Of a stretch of 58,568 nt of DNA, positions 31,575-42,334 are shown one piece after another. Numbering within the stretch: the stretch's first letter is position 1; each line of letters starts with the position of its first letter. The notes beneath the pieces are model-generated. The model searched no databases, was not told the origin of the DNA, and was given only the letters and a program-made list of their open reading frames with translations. Source of the DNA: Myxococcales bacterium (GTDB taxonomy: Bacteria > Myxococcota_A > UBA9160 > SMWR01); NCBI GenBank assembly GCA_013215605.1, contig JABSQW010000072.1, positions 1 through 58,568 on the forward strand, in the 5' to 3' direction. A program made the translations under genes and the position numbers.

Positions 31575-33521
31575 TCAGCGACGGAACAGCCGTCCGATGA
31601 ACCCCATCGCCTTGCGTCGCCTCATCTCGATCAGGCGAAGCTCGCTCAGCGCGTCCGCGCAGTCCGGCTGGATCTGCACGGCGCGGTTGAACATCTTTTC
31701 CGCCACATCCTGGCGGTCCAGCGCCTTGAGGAGGCGACCCATGTAGAGGTAGGGCTTCTCGCGGTGGCCCGCCAGCTTGATGCCCCGCTTGACGTGCTCC
31801 AGGGCCTCCTGGGTGATGGCAGCATCCCGCGGATGGCACAGGTGCAACGCCCACCCGTAGTGGGCGTGGTATTCGCCCTCGTCCGGGCACTGCTCGAGGG
31901 CCTTCCCGAAGCACAGCAGAGCGGCGTCGTAGCTGCGCTGTCGCAGCGCGGTCTCGCCGTGTTGAAACTGGATCTCGGCGTCGAGCGCCTTCTTCGCGGC
32001 CTCCCGTTCCGCGAACTCCCGGTCCAGCCGACTGATCTCGAGCAGATACGAGGTCCGCTGCCGCGGGTCCATCAACACATCGTGGGCCTGCTCCACCAGG
32101 GAGAAGACCTCCGCGGCGAGTTTCTTCACGGTCTGGCTCGCGTTCACCATGCGGTCGGGGTGGGCGCCTTCGGCGAGTCGCGAGAACGCCTGGTGGATCT
32201 CGTCCTCGGCTGCGCCCGTGCCGACGCCGAGCACTTCGAAGTGGTTCTGCTTCCGGCAGCGCTCGACGCGGGCGGCGAGCTCCGCGCGCTGGTTCTCGTC
32301 GTGGGGTCGCGGAGACGAGAATGGCGAGCCGGTCACGTCGAGGTCGAGCACAGCGGCGGGCCGGCGGCGCAGCGTGCGCTCCTTGATGGGCCGGCCGCGC
32401 CGCAGCTCGAGCATTCCGGTGGCGATCAGCGCGTAGAGTGTCCGGCGATCGGGTTCGCTCGCGCGGGCGAACTGCGAGAGCCGGACCGTGCCGTCGATGC
32501 GACGCAGCAGCGCGAGCTGGTCGTCGCCGAGCTCCGCGTCCTGAAAGCGGTAGAAAGGACTCTCGGCGGGCGCGACATACGCGCGCCCGTCGTTCTGGAA
32601 GAATGCGTCGAGCACCACGACCGGCAGCCGCTTGCGCACGCCCGTCAGAATCAGGTTTGCCGGACTCTCGTCGACGGGCAGGACGTTCGCGCGCTGCAAC
32701 AGCGCGCCGATCTCGAACCGAAACGAGCCCGACTCCCACGTGAAGATCTCGAACAGCTTCTGCTCGGCCTGCGCGCGCAGTGCCAGCGCCATCTCCTGTT
32801 CGGTGAGCGCATCCATCGCGACGAGGATCTCACCCTGCAGGCGACCACTGCCCATCTGGCGGCGCGACTCCGCCGCCGCGGCCGGTGACACACTCCCACC
32901 CCGCACGAGCATGTTTCCGAGCGTCTCGTTCACGAGATTGCCGCGCACGGCCACTGGGTAGCCGTCGCGAAACTGGATCCACTTGCGCTTCTTCACGCTC
33001 GCGAGGTGGAGCACACCCTCGGTGCGCAGTCCGTGGAGGTGGTGAAGAAGCGCTGCGAAAGGCAGCTTCTCGAGTGATCCCGCGAGACCCTCCGCTCGAC
33101 GCTTGCCGTCGCCGCGGGCCTCCACCGATGAGGGAATCGGGTCCTTCGCCCCGCGCAGGTGATGGGCGATGGCGGCGAACAGACGCTGCAGGGGGACGGG
33201 CTTCGCGAGCACGTCGCTGGCGCCCAGCACTCCGGCACGGCGATCGAAATCTGGCGTGCGCGAGTTCCCGGTGATGAGCACCACCGGGACACCACCGCGG
33301 GGCTCCGGGAGATCGCGGATCTTTTCGAGCACGTCGAGTCCGCTCTGCCCCGGCAGCGCGACGTCGAGGAGCACCAGGTCCGGCGGAACTTCCGCCAGCA
33401 CCGCGAGCGCCTCGACTCCGTCGAAGGCGGTCTGCACCCGGTAGCCCTCGCCGCCGAGAGCCTTGGCGAGGATCCGGCAGAGATTGCGATCCCCTTCGAC
33501 GCAGAGAACGGTCCTGGACAC
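31575..33521 (-). CDS. Response regulator with DUF4388-like, J-domain and TPR regions
   Basis: N-terminal REC (LLDVALPG), LAGSLEKLPF...GVLHL segment, NHFEVLGV...HPDR J-domain, C-terminal TPRs. Confidence 0.85.
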   Translation of the reverse strand: MSRTVLCVEGDRNLCRILAKALGGEGYRVQTAFDGVEALAVLAEVPPDLVLLDVALPGQSGLDVLEKIRDLPEPRGGVPVVLITGNSRTPDFDRRAGVLGASDVLAKPVPLQRLFAAIAHHLRGAKDPIPSSVEARGDGKRRAEGLAGSLEKLPFAALLHHLHGLRTEGVLHLASVKKRKWIQFRDGYPVAVRGNLVNETLGNMLVRGGSVSPAAAAESRRQMGSGRLQGEILVAMDALTEQEMALALRAQAEQKLFEIFTWESGSFRFEIGALLQRANVLPVDESPANLILTGVRKRLPVVVLDAFFQNDGRAYVAPAESPFYRFQDAELGDDQLALLRRIDGTVRLSQFARASEPDRRTLYALIATGMLELRRGRPIKERTLRRRPAAVLDLDVTGSPFSSPRPHDENQRAELAARVERCRKQNHFEVLGVGTGAAEDEIHQAFSRLAEGAHPDRMVNASQTVKKLAAEVFSLVEQAHDVLMDPRQRTSYLLEISRLDREFAEREAAKKALDAEIQFQHGETALRQRSYDAALLCFGKALEQCPDEGEYHAHYGWALHLCHPRDAAITQEALEHVKRGIKLAGHREKPYLYMGRLLKALDRQDVAEKMFNRAVQIQPDCADALSELRLIEMRRRKAMGFIGRLFRR

Positions 33522-33677
33522 GAAACACCCCCCTCGCGGGCATTGATTGGGGGGTTATCGACACGCTTGGTTTCCGAATGAAGGAGTTTCCAGTGGGCCG
33601 AGAAACCTGCTTGGGGGCACGGCGACGCTGTCATGCAGGTCGCCCGCAGTTCCCGCGCAGCCCGCCCGGGGGCGGGG

Positions 33678-35834
33678 TCAGGGGTCCGGCGTGGACTCGA
33701 CGCCCAACTCGAAGAGGTTCTTCAGCAGTTTGCCCGCGCTCTCGGCACCCGAGCGAAGCGGCTTTTCGAGTACGCCGGCGAGCGTCGATCGAATCCGCGG
33801 GAGACCGAGTGCGGCGAAGAAGCCCTTCACCACGGTCGGTGTCACCTCCACCTTGGGCTGCGTGAGCGTGCCGCGCACCGAAGCCAGGGGAACCACCCGT
33901 GGGGTGGCGACCCTCGCGCCGAGCGCAGCAACGAGATTCCCGCCCAGCGTGAGGTTGCCCTTCATGTCGAGCGAGAGGTCGGTCAGCCGCAGCATCCCCC
34001 AGAGATCGACCTCGTAGGTCGTGTACACGGCCCGGAGGTCGTCGGTGGTAATGACGCCGTCGTCGATCTTCAACGTTCCGCCGATCGATTCAAACTCCCC
34101 GTCAAAGAAGCGATCGAGGTTCAGGTCGCGAGACACGAAGCCCACCAGGTGCGCGGCTTTGCCGAGAGGTCCGATGGCATCGAACGACGCCTGGAGGAGC
34201 GACACCCCCTCGATGCGGCCGTCCGTGATGTCGAAGCGCACGGAGCCGTTCAAGCTCTCGATCGCCGCCACCAGGTCGCTGAGGCTGCCGCTCACCAGAC
34301 CCTGCAAGGCGAGGTCGCCGTGCAGGCGTGCAGGCTCACCCGTGATCGCGGAGACGATTGCGCTGGTGTCGACGCCTTCGGCTTCGACGCGAGCCCGCTC
34401 GTTTCTGTCGCCCCAGAGATCGTTGACGTCGACCTCTACGCGGAACTCCTGCTCGGCTGCGGTCGCGACGAGATCGCGCGTGCGCAGCGCGTCTCCGTCC
34501 ACGAGGACCGTTCCGTCCAGCCGCACGGGTATGAAGCCAGCCACCGGCAGCACCAGTCCTTGGAGCTTCACCCGACCCCGCAGATCGAGGGGCTTCGTGC
34601 GGAGCACCAACGCTTCGAGTCCGACGTTCCCCTTGAGGCCGTACGGCGCGATGGGCGGTATCAGCGCCGCAAGCCCTCCAATCTCTGTCGGCGGCGCGTC
34701 GAGGGCCAGCATGAGCCGCTCGCCCAGCAGCATGCGTCCGTGCGCCTCGAAATCGCGGATCTCGAGGCGCACGTCGTCCACGGTGAGCGCGCCGTCCACA
34801 CCGCGCAGGATGCGACCCGTCACGTGCGCCTCGTCGCCCGGAGGTTTCGTGAACGCCCCGCCGTAACGAAGATCTGCGGCGGTCGCATCGAGAGCGAAGG
34901 TGCCCGTGGGCGCGTCTGGAAACCCAGTCAGCGCGGCGTCGACAGCAACGAGCCCGCCGACCTCGATCTCGTCGAACGCGAGCTGCGCCTTCCGGAGACG
35001 CAGGTCTGCTGTCACGCTCGGCCCGCTCGCGGGTCCGCGGAATGTCACACGTCCCGTCGCGAGACCGCCCACGACGGGCGCGGAGTCGGCAGAGCCCGTC
35101 CCCCCGCCTGCAACGAGATATTGGACCGAGGCGCCGACCTGCACGTCGTCGAGATCGGCGGTGACGTCGACGACCGCATCGCGTGTCGAGCTTCCCCGCA
35201 GCTGGAGACGCCCTCCACTCGCGAGCGTGAGCGCGAGGTCGAACTCGACAGGCGCGGTCACCGATTCGGTCTCGGCGTGGCCCTCGATGTCGCGGAACTC
35301 GATGACGAGCGGCGGCGTCGTCGCCTCGTCACGCAACACGATCTTCGACCGCCGGATCCGCACCTCGCGCACCGCGATCGAGAAGCTGGGCGGCGCGCTC
35401 GGCACGGGCTGCGACGCGTCCGCGGGCCGCTCGTCGGCCGTCCGTTCGGGAGGCGCCGGCCACTGAAATCCGTCGGCGGTGCGCCGCAATCGCAGGGTGG
35501 CGCCCTCGGCGACGAGCGAATCGATGATCACCCGACGGTCGAGCAACGGCCGGGTCGCGATCCGAAGCGCGAGGCTCTCGAGCTCGACCCAGGGAGCGCC
35601 TCCGGCCTCGTCGCCGGCAACCCTCGGCCGAACGAACACGACCGACAGCGGCGCGAGCTGGAGCTCGAGCGCCTCGACCGTCACTTCGCGTCCGACGGCC
35701 GCCACCAGGGCGCCGACGATCTCAGCACGCACCGCGTCGCTCTCGAGCAGGCGCGGCGCCGCGACCACCAGCACCACCAGCGCTGCCAGCACGACGATCA
35801 GCAGCGCGGCCGTCGCACGGAGCACGACGCTCAC
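33678..35834 (-). CDS. AsmA family protein
   Basis: N-terminal TM anchor, long beta-rich body, C-terminal LNGSVRFDITDGRIEG...VRGTLTQP. Confidence 0.8.
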   Translation of the reverse strand: MSVVLRATAALLIVVLAALVVLVVAAPRLLESDAVRAEIVGALVAAVGREVTVEALELQLAPLSVVFVRPRVAGDEAGGAPWVELESLALRIATRPLLDRRVIIDSLVAEGATLRLRRTADGFQWPAPPERTADERPADASQPVPSAPPSFSIAVREVRIRRSKIVLRDEATTPPLVIEFRDIEGHAETESVTAPVEFDLALTLASGGRLQLRGSSTRDAVVDVTADLDDVQVGASVQYLVAGGGTGSADSAPVVGGLATGRVTFRGPASGPSVTADLRLRKAQLAFDEIEVGGLVAVDAALTGFPDAPTGTFALDATAADLRYGGAFTKPPGDEAHVTGRILRGVDGALTVDDVRLEIRDFEAHGRMLLGERLMLALDAPPTEIGGLAALIPPIAPYGLKGNVGLEALVLRTKPLDLRGRVKLQGLVLPVAGFIPVRLDGTVLVDGDALRTRDLVATAAEQEFRVEVDVNDLWGDRNERARVEAEGVDTSAIVSAITGEPARLHGDLALQGLVSGSLSDLVAAIESLNGSVRFDITDGRIEGVSLLQASFDAIGPLGKAAHLVGFVSRDLNLDRFFDGEFESIGGTLKIDDGVITTDDLRAVYTTYEVDLWGMLRLTDLSLDMKGNLTLGGNLVAALGARVATPRVVPLASVRGTLTQPKVEVTPTVVKGFFAALGLPRIRSTLAGVLEKPLRSGAESAGKLLKNLFELGVESTPDP

Positions 35835-35841
35835 GGGGAGG

Positions 35842-37299
35842 TCAGGCTCCTAGCTTTTGGGTCAGCAGCTCGCGTACCGCTGCCGGGTCGGCCTTCCCCT
35901 TCGTCTTCTTCATCACCTGGCCCATGAGGAAGTTCTGCACCTTCTGCTCGCCGCTTCGGAAGCGGTCGACATCGTCGGGATGCGCGGCGATGACTTCGTC
36001 GACCGCCCGCTCGATGACTCCGGTGTCGGACAGGGCCTCGAGCCCGCGCTCGCGCATCCAAGCCTCCGGGTCGCCGCCGCTCTCGACGAGCTCCGGGACG
36101 AGACCGCGTGCGCTCTTCGGCGTCAGCTTCCCGTCGTCGACGAGGCGGAGCAGCGCGGCAAATTGCTCGGGCGTGACCGCGGCATCCTCGAGCTCGCGCT
36201 CTCCGAGCGCCTCCCGGAGGTCTCGCAACACCCAGTTCGCCACCGTTTTCGCGACACCGTGGGCGGCGACGGCGGTTTCGAAGAACTCCGCGAGCTCGCG
36301 ACTGATCGTGAGCTGACGCGCGTCGTACTCCGACAGACCGTACTGGTCCTGGAAGCGCTGGTAGCGCGCTTGGGCGAGCTCGGGGAGCTCGTCGCGGATG
36401 CGGTCGACGTCGGCGTCGCTGATCACGAGAGGGATGAGATCGGGATCCGGGAAGTAGCGGTAGTCGTCCGCGTTCTCCTTGAGACGCAACACGCGGGTCC
36501 GCCGCGACACCGGATCGAAGGCCATCGTCGCCTGCACCACGCTGCCGCCGTCGTCGAGGATCTCGGCCTGTCGAAGGATCTCCGACCCGAGGGCGAGCTC
36601 GACGTTGCGGAAGGAGTTCAGGTTCTTGAGCTCCGTACGGATGCCGAACTCCCGGGCTCCTGCCTCCCTCAGCGAGACGTTGGCATCGCAGCGAAAGTTG
36701 CCCTTCTCCATGTCGGCGTCGGAGACGTCGATGTAGCGGAGGATCGAGCGCAGTGTTCGCAGGTACACCGCGGCCTCCGCGGGCGACCGGAGATCCGGCT
36801 CGGACACGATCTCGAGCAGCGGCACGCCGGCGCGATTCAAGTCGACGTGCGTAGCAAAACGCCCGGTCACCTCCGAGTCGTGGATGGACTTCCCGGCATC
36901 CTCCTCCATGTGGATTCGCGTCAGGCCGATGCGCTTGGTCGCCTTGCCGTCGCCCTCGTCAGCATCGCCTCCGGCGGGGATGTCGATGTAGCCGCCCGTC
37001 GCGAGGGGCTCCTCGTACTGCGAGATCTGGTAGCCCTTCGGAAGGTCGGGATAGAAGTAGTTCTTCCGCGCGAACACCGAGCTCGTGTGGACCTTGCAGT
37101 GCGTCGCAAGCGCCGCGCAGACCGCCAGCTCGACGGCGCGTCGGTTCAGCACGGGCAACACGCCGGGGAGTGCGAGGCAGATCGGGTGAACACTGTGGTT
37201 CGGCTCCCGCCCGAAGGAAACCGGGGCCGGGCTGAACAGCTTCGAATCCGTGCGCAGCTGGCAGTGAACCTCGAGGCCGATGACGACTTCGTACGCCAT
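35842..37299 (-). CDS. gatB: Asp-tRNA(Asn)/Glu-tRNA(Gln) amidotransferase subunit B
   Basis: YEVVIGLEVH, RKNYFYPDLPKGYQISQ, HMEEDAGKS, RCDANVS, DYRYFPDPDL. Confidence 0.98.
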   Translation of the reverse strand: MAYEVVIGLEVHCQLRTDSKLFSPAPVSFGREPNHSVHPICLALPGVLPVLNRRAVELAVCAALATHCKVHTSSVFARKNYFYPDLPKGYQISQYEEPLATGGYIDIPAGGDADEGDGKATKRIGLTRIHMEEDAGKSIHDSEVTGRFATHVDLNRAGVPLLEIVSEPDLRSPAEAAVYLRTLRSILRYIDVSDADMEKGNFRCDANVSLREAGAREFGIRTELKNLNSFRNVELALGSEILRQAEILDDGGSVVQATMAFDPVSRRTRVLRLKENADDYRYFPDPDLIPLVISDADVDRIRDELPELAQARYQRFQDQYGLSEYDARQLTISRELAEFFETAVAAHGVAKTVANWVLRDLREALGERELEDAAVTPEQFAALLRLVDDGKLTPKSARGLVPELVESGGDPEAWMRERGLEALSDTGVIERAVDEVIAAHPDDVDRFRSGEQKVQNFLMGQVMKKTKGKADPAAVRELLTQKLGA

Positions 37300-37322
37300 G
37301 TGGTTCTCCTTGAGGTTCAGCG

Positions 37323-38792
37323 TCAGACCGCGGTTGGCCGCGCTTCGTGGTGATCGGTCAGACGCTGGTAGGCGTCGGCGACGCGCAACAGCGTCGACTC
37401 GGCCAGCGTACCGCCGAGGAGTTGCAGGCCCACGGGCAATCCGGAACTCTGCCCACACGGGATGGACACGCCCGGAATTCCCGCGAGATTCGCCGATACC
37501 GTGTAGATATCGCCGAGGTACATCGCGAGCGGGTCGCCCGTCTTCTCGCCGAGGCGGAAGGCCGTCTCCGGACACGTCGGCGTGGCGATCACGTCGCACA
37601 GCCGGAAGGCACCCTGGAAGTCGCGCGCGAGGAGCCCGCGCACCTGCTGCGCCTTTCGGTAGTAGGCGTCGTAATAGCCGGCCGAGAGCACGTAGGTGCC
37701 GAGCATGATGCGGCGTTTCACCTCGTCGCCGAAGCCCTCGGAGCGCGTGCGGTGGTACATGTCGGAGAGACCGCTCGGATCGTCCGCGCGACGGCCGTAG
37801 CGGACGCCGTCGTAGCGGGCGAGATTGCTCGACGCCTCGGCAGTGGCGATGAGGTAATACGTGGCTACGGCGTAGCGCGTGTGCGGGAGGGACACCTCGC
37901 GCACCTTCGCCCCCGCGGCCTCGAGGACGGCGACGGCGGCGCGGACGGCGTCGAGCACGCCGGCGTCGACGCCGTCGCTGACGAAATACTCGCGCGGCAG
38001 TCCGATCACGAGATCCGAGACGTCCCCCGTCTGCGCCGCTCGGTAGTCGGGAACGGGCTCGGGGATCGACGTCGAGTCGCGCTCGTCGTGACCCGCGATG
38101 GCGCCGAGCAGGAGCGCCGCGTCGGACGCATCGCGCGCGAACACCCCGATCTGGTCGAGGGACGACGCAAACGCCACGAGCCCCCAGCGCGATACGAGAC
38201 CGTAGGTGGGCTTGATCCCCAACACACCGCAGTGTGCTGCGGGCTGGCGGATCGACCCGCCGGTGTCGCTCCCGAGTGCCGCGGGTACGATCCCCGCCGC
38301 CACCGCGGCCGCGGAGCCGCCCGACGAACCCCCGGGCGCGCGGTCGAGATCCCAGGGGTTGCGGGTTGCACCGAAGCACGAGTGCTCGGTGGAGGATCCC
38401 ATCGCGAACTCGTCCAGGTTCGTACGACCGACGATCACCGCGCCGGCGGCGCGCAGCTTCCCGACGGCGGTACCCGTGTAGGGCGAGACGAAGCCCTCGA
38501 GAATGCGCGAGGCGCAGGTGGTGGGCTCGCCCTCCATGACCATGTTGTCCTTGATCGCGACCGGAATGCCGTCGATCGAAGAGAGCCCCTTCCCCTCCAC
38601 GCGCCGCGCGTCGGACGCGGCAGCGTCCCCACGAGCGCCCTCGGAGCGCATTCCCGTGAATGCCCTGAGCGAGCCGTCGATCGACTCCGCCCGCTCGAGA
38701 CTCGCCTCCGTGATCTCGACGGACGACAGCTCGCCGGCATCGAGCGCGCGACGCAGCTCGCCAACCGACGGGAGCGGTCGGGAATCCGGCAC
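37323..38792 (-). CDS. gatA: Amidotransferase subunit A
   Basis: [53 protein letters not shown]. Confidence 0.98.
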   Translation of the reverse strand: MPDSRPLPSVGELRRALDAGELSSVEITEASLERAESIDGSLRAFTGMRSEGARGDAAASDARRVEGKGLSSIDGIPVAIKDNMVMEGEPTTCASRILEGFVSPYTGTAVGKLRAAGAVIVGRTNLDEFAMGSSTEHSCFGATRNPWDLDRAPGGSSGGSAAAVAAGIVPAALGSDTGGSIRQPAAHCGVLGIKPTYGLVSRWGLVAFASSLDQIGVFARDASDAALLLGAIAGHDERDSTSIPEPVPDYRAAQTGDVSDLVIGLPREYFVSDGVDAGVLDAVRAAVAVLEAAGAKVREVSLPHTRYAVATYYLIATAEASSNLARYDGVRYGRRADDPSGLSDMYHRTRSEGFGDEVKRRIMLGTYVLSAGYYDAYYRKAQQVRGLLARDFQGAFRLCDVIATPTCPETAFRLGEKTGDPLAMYLGDIYTVSANLAGIPGVSIPCGQSSGLPVGLQLLGGTLAESTLLRVADAYQRLTDHHEARPTAV

Positions 38793-38793
38793 G

Positions 38794-39099
38794 TCAGCCC
38801 TCTTCTTCGCCGTCGATCACCTTGGGCACGACGAAGGCGAAGCCCTTGGCGACCGGCGCGTTGGCCACGGCTCGATCCGGCGCCATCGCGGCAACGGCAC
38901 GGTCCTCGCGCAGTGGGGTCTCGAGCGGAAGGACGTGCTCCATGGGCCGAACCCCTTCGGTGTTGACCTCGCCCAGGGTCTCGACGTAATCGAGGATGGC
39001 CTCGAGGTCCGCGGCGAGACGGGCGGTTTCCTCCTCGCTGTACGTGAGACGCGCGAGCGACGCCACGTGCTTGACCTGTTCCGCCGAGATTCGCGTCAC
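38794..39099 (-). CDS. gatC: Amidotransferase subunit C
   Basis: [10 protein letters not shown]...LREDRA...NAP...FVVPKVI; first gene of gatCAB. Confidence 0.95.
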   Translation of the reverse strand: MTRISAEQVKHVASLARLTYSEEETARLAADLEAILDYVETLGEVNTEGVRPMEHVLPLETPLREDRAVAAMAPDRAVANAPVAKGFAFVVPKVIDGEEEG

Positions 39100-39181
39100 A
39101 GCGGAAACTATAAGGTCCGGCGGCGGCGCCCGCCCGGACCGTGGGGCCCGCCCGGTTGGCCTGTGATAGCCTCGCGCGCCA

Positions 39182-40663
39182 ATGAGCGAACTCGACGCGC
39201 TGTTTCTCGACCTCCCGGAGCCCATTCAGCGCGGGATTCGCGATCTGAAGTGGACCTCGCCCATGGCCGTTCAGGCAAAGGTCATTCCGCGAATGCGCGA
39301 AGGCGCCGACCTGATCGTCCAGGCCCACACGGGCAGCGGCAAGACGGGCGCCTTCGGGATTCCGATCGTCGCCGATCTCGACCCGGAGCTGAACGCCTGC
39401 CAGGCCCTCGTGATGGCGCCGACGCGCGAGCTCGCCAATCAGGTCGCCGGCGAGATCGAGACCCTGGGTCGCCACCAGGGCGTCCGCTGCCTGCCCATCT
39501 ACGGCGGCGTCGGCTACGCGCCTCAGATCGAGGGCATCGAAGCCGGCGCCCACGTCATCGTAGGCACCCCAGGCCGCATGCTCGACCACCTCGGATCGGG
39601 TCGGCTGCGCTTCGACAGCGTGAAAACCCTGATTCTCGACGAGGCCGACGAGCTGCTCTCCCTCGGCTTCTGGCCCGACATGCGGGAGATCAACAAGTAT
39701 CTGCCGAAGGAACGGCAGTCGTGTCTCTTCTCCGCCACGATTCCCGAGCGGGTGCGCTCGCTGTCCCGGGTCTTCCTCAACGAGCCGGACTACCTGTCGC
39801 TCTCAGACGAGGGCCTCGCGCCGCAAGAGATCCAGCATTTCTTCATGGTGACCACCGCCCAGGAGAAGGAGACGAATCTCGCGCGTGTCCTCGAGTACGA
39901 AGATCCCGAGAGCGCCATCATCTTCTGCAACACGAAAGACGACGTCCGCTTCGTCACCGCCTACCTGCAGCGCCGCGGCTTCGATGCCGATCAGATCTCG
40001 GGCGACCTCTCCCAGGCCGCGCGCGAGCAGGCAATGGGGCGCATCAAGAGTGGACAGCTGCGCTTCCTGGTCGCCACCGACGTCGCCGCCCGCGGCATCG
40101 ACATCAGCGACCTCTCCCACGTCATCGGCTACTCGTCGCCGCAGAGCCCCGAAGTCTACATCCACCGCACCGGGCGGACGGGGCGCGCCGGCAAAGCGGG
40201 CGTTGCCATCTCCCTCGTGTCGGGCCTCGACATCGGGAACTTCCGACAGCTCCAGCAGGTCAACAAGATCGTCATCACCGAGCGCGACCTCCCGAGCGAA
40301 AAGGTGATCGTCGATCGCCTCCAGGAACGCATGTCGGTGAAGGTCGAGCAGGAGATGCGCGAGATCCCGGAGCGCGAGCGGCAGTGGAAGGTCGACCGCT
40401 TCATCCCGATCGTCGAATCGCTGGTCTCCACGCCGGAAGGCCGCCGCGAGCTCGCGGCCATCTGTTCCTCGTTCCTGCGCGAGCACCGCCCGGAGACATC
40501 GGTCACGCCCCCGGATTTCGATCCGGACGCGCCCGAGAACCGGGCACCGCCGCGCGGCCGCTCGGACCGCCCGGGGGGCGGGGGACGCCGTGGAGGGGGC
40601 GGGGGTGGATCGCGCCGCGGCCGCGATGGCGGGGGCGGGGGCGGACGCCGGCGCAATCGCTAG
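39182..40663 (+). CDS. DEAD-box RNA helicase with Gly/Arg-rich tail
   Basis: AHTGSGKT, PTRELA, TPGR, DEAD, SAT, HRTGRTGR; RGG-like C-terminus. Confidence 0.96.
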   Translation: MSELDALFLDLPEPIQRGIRDLKWTSPMAVQAKVIPRMREGADLIVQAHTGSGKTGAFGIPIVADLDPELNACQALVMAPTRELANQVAGEIETLGRHQGVRCLPIYGGVGYAPQIEGIEAGAHVIVGTPGRMLDHLGSGRLRFDSVKTLILDEADELLSLGFWPDMREINKYLPKERQSCLFSATIPERVRSLSRVFLNEPDYLSLSDEGLAPQEIQHFFMVTTAQEKETNLARVLEYEDPESAIIFCNTKDDVRFVTAYLQRRGFDADQISGDLSQAAREQAMGRIKSGQLRFLVATDVAARGIDISDLSHVIGYSSPQSPEVYIHRTGRTGRAGKAGVAISLVSGLDIGNFRQLQQVNKIVITERDLPSEKVIVDRLQERMSVKVEQEMREIPERERQWKVDRFIPIVESLVSTPEGRRELAAICSSFLREHRPETSVTPPDFDPDAPENRAPPRGRSDRPGGGGRRGGGGGGSRRGRDGGGGGGRRRNR

Positions 40664-40738
40664 CGAGGAAGCCGACCGGGGGGTCGGCCTTCGCGCAGTG
40701 GGCCGACGGCGAACGAAGTTCGGACGAACGGGGGAGCC

Positions 40739-41290
40739 GTGCGCATCGCGGTCTACTGTGCGTCGAGTCGAAGATCGCCAGAGGGGTTCCTCGCGGACGC
40801 GCGCGCCGTCGGGAGGGAGATCGCCAGCCGGGGTCACGTCCTCGTGTATGGCGGCGGTCGCACGGGGCTGATGGGCGCAGCAGCAGGCGCCGCGCTGGAA
40901 GTCGGCGGCGAGGTGCGGGGTGTGATCGCGCGGCGTTTCGTCGACGACGACCTCCACCACGAGGGCCTGAGCGAGCTCGTGCAGGTCGACGAGATGCGCG
41001 CGCGCAAGGCCGGTCTCGACGCGAGCGCCGACGCCTTCATCGCACTGCCCGGCGGCCTTGGCACCCTCGAGGAACTCTCCGAGATCCTCTCGTTCCGGAA
41101 GATCGGACTCCACACGAGGCCGCTCGTATTCGTGAATACGAGCGGCTTCTACGATCCGCTGCTCGCCTTCCTCGAAGGCGCCATCGCCACCGAGCTCGAC
41201 CGACCCGTCGTGCGCGACTACTTCGAAGTCACCCGCGACCCGGTCGAAGCCGTTCGCCTCTGCGAGTCATCGCTCCACCAGGACCTCTAG
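40739..41290 (+). CDS. LOG family nucleotide phosphoribohydrolase
   Basis: VYGGGRTGLMG, MRARK, PGGLGTLEE. Confidence 0.92.
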   Translation: MRIAVYCASSRRSPEGFLADARAVGREIASRGHVLVYGGGRTGLMGAAAGAALEVGGEVRGVIARRFVDDDLHHEGLSELVQVDEMRARKAGLDASADAFIALPGGLGTLEELSEILSFRKIGLHTRPLVFVNTSGFYDPLLAFLEGAIATELDRPVVRDYFEVTRDPVEAVRLCESSLHQDL

Positions 41291-41296
41291 CCAAAC

Positions 41297-41372
41297 GCAG
41301 GCGCGAAGCGCTCGCAGCGAGCCAACGGCGCGGGAAGCCGGGTAGATCTGGGCTTCGCCCAGATCCGGTCCC
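41297..41372 (-). repeat. Full copy of REP-like intergenic element (~76 bp)
   Basis: GATCTGGGC-GAA-GCCCAGATC hairpin plus TGGCTCGCTGCGAGCGCTTCGCGC; near-identical to 52488-52564; between convergent genes. Confidence 0.8.
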
Positions 41373-41380
41373 CGAAGGCG

Positions 41381-42334
41381 CTAGACGGGAAACCACCGGA
41401 CGCGGCGGTCGCCCAATGCGTCGCGGACGCCGAGGCGTCGGTCGGCCGGGTCGAGGACCACCAGCCGCAGCGCGACTCCGCCATCCGCGAGACAGCCCTC
41501 GAGGGCGTCGATACCGTTCGGCGGGCTCTCTCGCAGTCGCTTGGAGATCTCCGCCTCGCGCCCGCCGCCCCCGGCTTCGACGAGCACGCCCTCGCTGGGA
41601 CGCAGTACACGTCGCTCGTCGCCGAGGATCTCGACCCCCGCCACCTCGCCGCTCGCGTCGCCCACGAAGAGGATCGCACGACCGCCTGCCGGGCGTCCCA
41701 CCAACCAGTCGAGCGCGCCCTCGACACTGCCGAACCGCGCCAGGCAATCGTGGACGAGGAGGAGGGCCGGGGCCGTGCAGTCACCGGGCGCGCGGCCTCC
41801 CGGAACGCAGGTGACGGCGAGACCTACCTCGTTGACGCCTCCCAGCGCCGACGTGAGCCACGGCAGGGTCACCTCGATCGAGCGGTGGTTGCCGTCGGGA
41901 CGACTGCGGCGCACCACGAGATGCGGAGACACGCGTGCCGCGAGGTAGCTCGCGGCCAGGGCTTCGGGTGGGCGACGCGCGGGCACCGCGACGACGCCAC
42001 CCGTCCAGCGCGGCGGGTGCACCGCCAGCTGATGAGCGAGCGTGGCCGACAGCCACGACGCGGGGACACCCGCACCGCGCGCAATTCCCTCGATGGACTC
42101 GGACTGGTGGGGGAAGTGGCGCCGCAGGTCGCGCGCAACGTGCGCGGTGTGTGCGTCGACCCGTCCCAGCCGATGCGCGAGTCGCGTCCAGAGCGGCAGG
42201 GCCCCGTAGTCGGAACGCAGCACGCTGCTGCAGCCAGCGCCCTGTGCAAACCCGACGTCGCGCGGCGCGCCCTCGCAATCGATGGGCGCCAGCGCGTCCC
42301 GGGGGTCGGCCGCGCTATCCGGCGCGCCGCTCAA
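41381..42334 (-). CDS. Peptidase C45/NAAA-like Ntn-hydrolase homolog (divergent)
   Basis: EGAPRDVGFAQG, EGIARGAG, GGVNEVGLAV, FVGDASG; overlaps larE stop. Confidence 0.65.
   Translation of the reverse strand: MSGAPDSAADPRDALAPIDCEGAPRDVGFAQGAGCSSVLRSDYGALPLWTRLAHRLGRVDAHTAHVARDLRRHFPHQSESIEGIARGAGVPASWLSATLAHQLAVHPPRWTGGVVAVPARRPPEALAASYLAARVSPHLVVRRSRPDGNHRSIEVTLPWLTSALGGVNEVGLAVTCVPGGRAPGDCTAPALLLVHDCLARFGSVEGALDWLVGRPAGGRAILFVGDASGEVAGVEILGDERRVLRPSEGVLVEAGGGGREAEISKRLRESPPNGIDALEGCLADGGVALRLVVLDPADRRLGVRDALGDRRVRWFPV

Noticed and set aside
35842-38379. 845-aa GatB with N-terminal extension
   Set aside because: Extension overlaps gatA out of frame; real start at 37299 has an AAGGAG RBS.
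40560-40660. G-rich tract suggesting a G-quadruplex or repeat
   Set aside because: Explained by the Gly/Arg-rich helicase tail.
38503-41814. 1103-aa plus-strand ORF
   Set aside because: Arg/Pro-rich alternative-frame artefact overlapping gatA/gatC, the helicase and LOG.
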